Positions 58,963 through 64,000 of a DNA stretch of 64,000 bases are shown here, piece after piece (position 1 is the first letter of the stretch; every line of letters starts with the position of its first letter). The stretch is taken from assembly GCF_009914755.1 (NCBI RefSeq), contig NC_060932.1. One strand, 5' to 3'. Under the pieces are notes generated by a model. That model saw nothing but the letters and a program-made list of their open reading frames with translations, was not told where the DNA came from and did not search any database. Both the position numbers and the translations under genes were made by a program. This DNA is from the human T2T-CHM13v2.0 reference genome, Homo sapiens.

Positions 58963-60301
58963 TTCATCTCTCTTTATATGGACAGTTTAAACTTAACTTT
59001 CAGGAAACCAAGGATAGTCAAGGTTTCCTTTACAAATTACTGAGAGTTTGGAAGTCATTTGCCTAGATGAAATAATGGAGGAGGTGTTGAGTTCACAGAA
59101 AGATGTTATAAATAGTGATTTATACCAGAAAGAAATGCAATTTTAAGAATCAATGGCAGATAAATGGTAATTTAACCTACAGGAGTAGAAAAAAGTGAAA
59201 AGCCTATGGATTATTTAAGAAAGTTACAAATAGCCAGAAGAAGACAGTGTGTGCAAGTCAATTCAATTCAACTAACTGATTTTTCCCTGAGTGCTTTGTA
59301 TTTGCTAGGATGGGTGTAGAATTTGAGCAAAAGATTGAAAGTCGAAAATTAAAGAGGAAGAGGTGGAAAACCAACCTCAAACTTTTTACATTACTTTGCA
59401 AAAAGAAGTGTAATGTGAGACTTCTTTGGGTGAATTTACAAAATGCATTTAACCATATTTTCATCACATTTCTGTGAATATAAATTAATACATTGTCATT
59501 ATTACATTTACACAGCCAAGCCACCCAAGCACTATTTTTAACACACAATTTATTCAGAATATCATATTCCTTATCTGTATCCATTATTACTGCAGGCTAC
59601 CCAAAAGTGAAATCTTTGTTTTCATCAGGCCACTTTTTATCCTTTACATCTGACTCAGAACATGCCCAAACTGGCTATATTTGTTGAACGATGACCAAAA
59701 TTTGTTTTAAGATTACAACATTCCCTTTTATTTTTTACGCTTAAAATATTGTTTTCCATGATAACAGAATCAAAAGGAATGTTGCCCCGTAGTAATCTTG
59801 CCTTCCTGTTGTTTCAATCTATAGTGAGCAATAAAACTGTCCACCTCTTAAATCTTACTCTTACTCATTTCTCTCTTTACAACCATAAATTTCACATATG
59901 ATGGGGGAAGCTGTTAGTTGCCCGGTTGGTGAACTGGGTCCTCAGAAGCCTACAGTTTTATGGAGAAAGCCGACTTTGGGTTTTTCTCCCCAACATTTTT
60001 TAAAAATCCTACTCCTTTCAAATAAGAGCAAGAAAAGCAGCTAAACATGTGACCAATCTGATTAGAAAATTGAAAATCAAATGGCACTAGGACTTCAACA
60101 AATTATGAAAAATAATGTAAACTAAGAAATAAATTTTTGTTCTGACTAAATGTGTTTTTAGAAGCAAAACATTCTAATATATATGAATGCTTCTATAATT
60201 CATTATTTTGGCCTTAATTTCTTCAGTTGCAGCAGGTAAAGACGAATAACTGTTTTACAAAATGCCATCCCACTCTAATCTAAAATAATATTAATGTAAA
60301 C

Positions 60302-60492
60302 CAGGGTTTTCCAACCTTGGCACTACTCGCATTTGGGGCCAGATCATTCTTTGTAAGAGGTTGTCCTGTGTATAATAGGATGTTTACCAACATCCCTGGC
60401 CACCAAATGTTATTAGTAGCCCCCAAGTTGTGATAATCAAAAATGTCCCCAGAGTATCAAATGTCCCCTGGTGGGAGTAATGAGAACAACTA
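60302..60492 (+). mobile_element. MER20 hAT-Charlie DNA transposon
   Basis: caaccttggcactact...ttgtcctgtg...caaaaatgtc...tgagaacaacta; 8-bp TSD atgtaaac/atctaaat. Confidence 0.85.
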
Positions 60493-60810
60493 ATCTAAAT
60501 GTAAAAATACAATTTTATGTAATTAAACTATTGAAGGAACAATCTAATGAAGAGATTTTAGAGTTTTGGCTCATTTTGCTCTTGTTCTTCTGTTCCCCTC
60601 CCTCCCTCCCTTCCTTCCTTCCTTCCTTGCTCTCTCCAACCCTCCCTCTTTTTATTTGTTTTTCCCTTCCTCCCTTTCTTTTTTTCTTCTTTGCTTCAAT
60701 AGATGAACCTTCATTCAACACAAATTATACATGGCAGTCCACTATGTAAAATTTTGTGTGAAATTCCAATACGTATAATTCTAACAGATGGGCTGCACTC
60801 CTTGACATGG

Positions 60811-61821
60811 TGTGATCCTGAGACTTATTGTTTTTGCTTTCTGTATGTTATGAGGTCTTGACATTTTACAAAGCTTACTGACCAGAGATAGACTGCTGCT
60901 GTCAGAGATAGTCCTTTCTTAGAGACAAGAAAGGACTTGGCTAAGGGTACATCTCTCATATACAAACCTGTCAATCCCTAGCCGATAGCCCCAGTTGCCT
61001 CTTTATCTGACTCTCATGCACCAAGGCAATATTTCCTTTGCCCTAAATCATCTCAGGGTCAGGTACCAGGCAACTAGACTACCCCTATAGCCCAAATCAT
61101 GCTGGAATTATTCAAACTAGCCAGCCCTAAGCTGTTTACTCTGCCCTACCTTGCTTTTCCTGCAGAAAACTCAATAAAGGCTCTGGCATAGACTTTCCCC
61201 TGGCTCTTGTCTTCTGCTTTGTTAAAGCAAACTAAATATGGCCTGAGAATGACTTCTTACTTCTATATTTGAGTTTTTGTGGACGAACTGCAGCCTAGCT
61301 TAATAGATAGACAAGATTGCAAACCTAACTTAGGAGTATGCACCTGTAACAATAGCTAAGTCTTGGTCAGTCCCTGTGGCCATACTTCAACCCTTCATAC
61401 ACTGCTGAGTGTTCAGACTGTGTTCAAATAAGGCGTACGCCGAGCTGTAACCCATCCAGTTATTCTGCACCTCACTTCCAATTTCTGCTTGTCATCTCCC
61501 TTTTTGTGTCTATAAACTTTCTTCCACCACATGGCTGCACTGGCGTCTCTGTGACTCTGCTGTGATTCTGAGGGCCGCCCAATTCACGAATCGTTCATTG
61601 CTCCATTAAACTCCTTTAAATTTAATTCAGCTGAAGTTTTTCTTTTAACAGCTCTCCGATCAAAACCTGGCACTTTCCCTGTAGCCCTGCATGGCATGTA
61701 TGACTCCCATTCTGGGGTCTACGAATGTAATAAACTTCCTCCTTCTAAGTGTTGTTCTCATTTTCTCCTGTAGCCACACTGACTTTAGCTTATCATATCC
61801 AACATTTACATTCTGAGAACA
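60811..61821 (+). mobile_element. MER74-like ERVL LTR with nested MER57A
   Basis: gaggtcttgacatt...caggtaccaggcaactaga...tattcaaactagcca...caataaaggctct; resumes after 61650. Confidence 0.6.
61220..61650 (+). mobile_element. MER57A-like ERV1 solo LTR
   Basis: tgttaaagcaaactaaatatggcctgag...gctgaagtttttcttttaaca; 4-bp TSD gctt/gctc. Confidence 0.85.
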
Positions 61822-62173
61822 CTTACCCTCTTGACTCTGCTATGTCTTTTGATTATTCAGTCCAGTGACCACTGAACAGGAGCTGTCTATACATTGGTTT
61901 CTTAAACCTTCATAAATAAATTAAGGTAGGTATCATCCTCAAATTACATATAAGAAATTAGAAGCTTAGCTATTAAGTGATTACCCAAATTCAATTGTTG
62001 TTGTTTTCTTCCACTGTAATATATTTTCTTAAATTGAATCTCAAATAGAGATGAACCACTATACTAAGCTTGTGTTATAAGTATATGTACCAAACAATAT
62101 TAAAGATTAAATGTTACCATCAATTCTTTTATAGATTGCCTTCAACCACCTTACCTTTAATTTGGTGCCCCAC

Positions 62174-62592
62174 TGTGCTAATCTGTTTTGCTTTGCTATA
62201 AAAAAAATCTGAGACTGGGTAATTTATAAGAAAAGAGGTTTAGTTGGCTGACAGTTCCGCAGGTTGCACAAGCGTGGTACCAGCATCTGCTCAGCTTCTG
62301 GTGAGGCCTCAGGAAGCTTTTACTCATGGCAGAAGGTAAAGGGGGAGCAGACATGTCACATGGTGAGAGAGGGAGCAAGAGAGAGTGGAGGAGGTGCCAG
62401 GCTCTTCTTAACAATCGGTTCTCACATGAACTAATAGAGTGAGAATTCACCCATTACCATGGGGAGGGCACCAAGCCATTCATGAAGGATCCACCCCCAT
62501 GACCAAAACACCTCCCATTAGGCCCTATCTCCAACACTGGGGATCACATTTCAACATGCAATTTTGAGGGGACAAACATCCAAACTATATCA
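62174..62592 (-). mobile_element. MSTA MaLR solo LTR
   Basis: ctgagactgggtaatttataagaaaagaggttt...ccaaactatatca; 5-bp TSD cccac/tccac. Confidence 0.92.
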
Positions 62593-62599
62593 TCCACAA

Positions 62600-63175
62600 T
62601 AAACTGCATTTAAATTAAAATGCAAATCAAAATGTGTCATTTTTCCTCAGAACCTCATGATGACTTCCCATCACCTGCCATAAACAAGTTAAGCCCCTTA
62701 AGGTAGCTTGTGGGGTTCTCCAAGATACAGCCTCTGCCTACCTTTCCAGGTTTATAGCTCACTCTTGAAGCATGCAACTGTTCCTCACTCACTCTGCGTC
62801 CACTCCCACCTCCACACGATTGCCAGTGCTTCTTGACATAGGTACTTATTCATCTCTGTTTGGAAGAGACTCTTCTTCTGAGCTATTTATTTTGCATGCT
62901 TTATAACTCAATTTATGCATTTTTAATCTTGGTGAAATCTTAATAACTCTTAATTCTCAGTTCTATATTCTTCTATTCTTAATATCTGTCAATAACTTGT
63001 ATATCCCACTATCATTACTCTCACCACATAGTAACATATGTTTTGATGATTATCTCTTCTACTGTCTCACATTTTTTTGAGAACTGGTTGTATAATTAAT
63101 TTTATAATCAATGCTTTGAATAGAGCTATGATATAGAAGTCATTGTATAAATCATTGTTGAATAAATGGATTAAT
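62600..63175 (+). mobile_element. L2 3' fragment
   Basis: aacctcatgatgacttcccatcacc...ttgttgaataaatgga 3' end. Confidence 0.5.
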
Positions 63176-64000
63176 TTTCTCTTGGAATCTTCAAGTTATG
63201 ACTAGGTTAAATTTTATAATGATTCTTCAAAAAAACTAATTATCTTTTAAAAATAGGACAGTCTCCTTACCTTGCCTAGAAAGTTCTACTGAGTGCAAAT
63301 CTCTAGGTAAGAAAGTGTAGAGAGCTCTATAGAATTGCTTCACCTTATTTTTGGAAAAACAGTTATAGGACACATGTTTTTCTTACTGCTTGCCCACAGG
63401 CACAATCATCTTTGAGAATAAAGGATGAGATATGATATTTCAGGGAATTTTAATAATGAGAAATAGAGTACAACTCATTGAGTCTTCAAGTAGAAGGAAA
63501 AATAGTTTAAAGTTTCCAAATTAAGGAAATAAGTAAGCCACCTGGAAAACACATGTGTTTTAAGCTCTGAAATTAAAGCAAATGAATTGGGAGAGGAAAA
63601 TTATAAGTGAGGGTTTTTAGAAAACATAGATTTTAGGAGATCTTGTTGAAGTGAATCGTATTCTTATAAGAACTAAAAATGACTAAGGGCATAGTATATA
63701 AATGCTTAGGCATTTGTGAAGTCAACGATTACAAAAAGAAAGCTTTGCAGTCAGGTAGACAAAGGTTTCAAGGTGGTGTTTGTTTGGTAACTTGTGATTA
63801 CCTTGTTCCGGCTGCTTTGTCCTTGGGCATCCTCAGTGATTCCTCTCACCCCCATTCTTATTCCCTGAAACTCGTATCATTTTACATATCCTTCCCAATA
63901 TGGTCAGAGGACTGCACCGGAATCTGAAAGGGAAGCGGTGTCATGCCTTAGCCAGGTAAACTTCTTTCTTTGACTCTGGAAATGAAATCCATGCTCTCAC

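Overview
This is AT-rich primate (very probably human) intergenic or intronic DNA, much of it made of interspersed repeats: Alu, L1, L2, MIR, ERV1/ERVL/MaLR solo LTRs, Tigger3b, MER20 and MADE1. No intact protein-coding gene is supported. Most supplied ORFs are Alu/L1/VNTR artefacts or chance frames. The one gene-derived sequence is a 5'-truncated processed pseudogene of MRPS36 (KGD4) at ~28260-28472. It lies inside a ~1.2-kb insertion with target-site duplication (TSD) and a second A tail, which splits an MLT1A LTR and looks like a re-retrotransposed retrocopy carrying flanking DNA. Other notable structures are a ~360-bp reciprocal inverted duplication (2793-3858), a tailless tRNA-Tyr 5'-half retropseudogene at an L1 5' junction, a young twin-primed L1, several local duplications, and repeated fold-back or patchwork templated-insertion scars. 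I found no new enzymatic system; the interesting signals concern retrotransposition and repair mechanisms. Repeat family names come from recalled consensus sequences and need Dfam/RepeatMasker confirmation.
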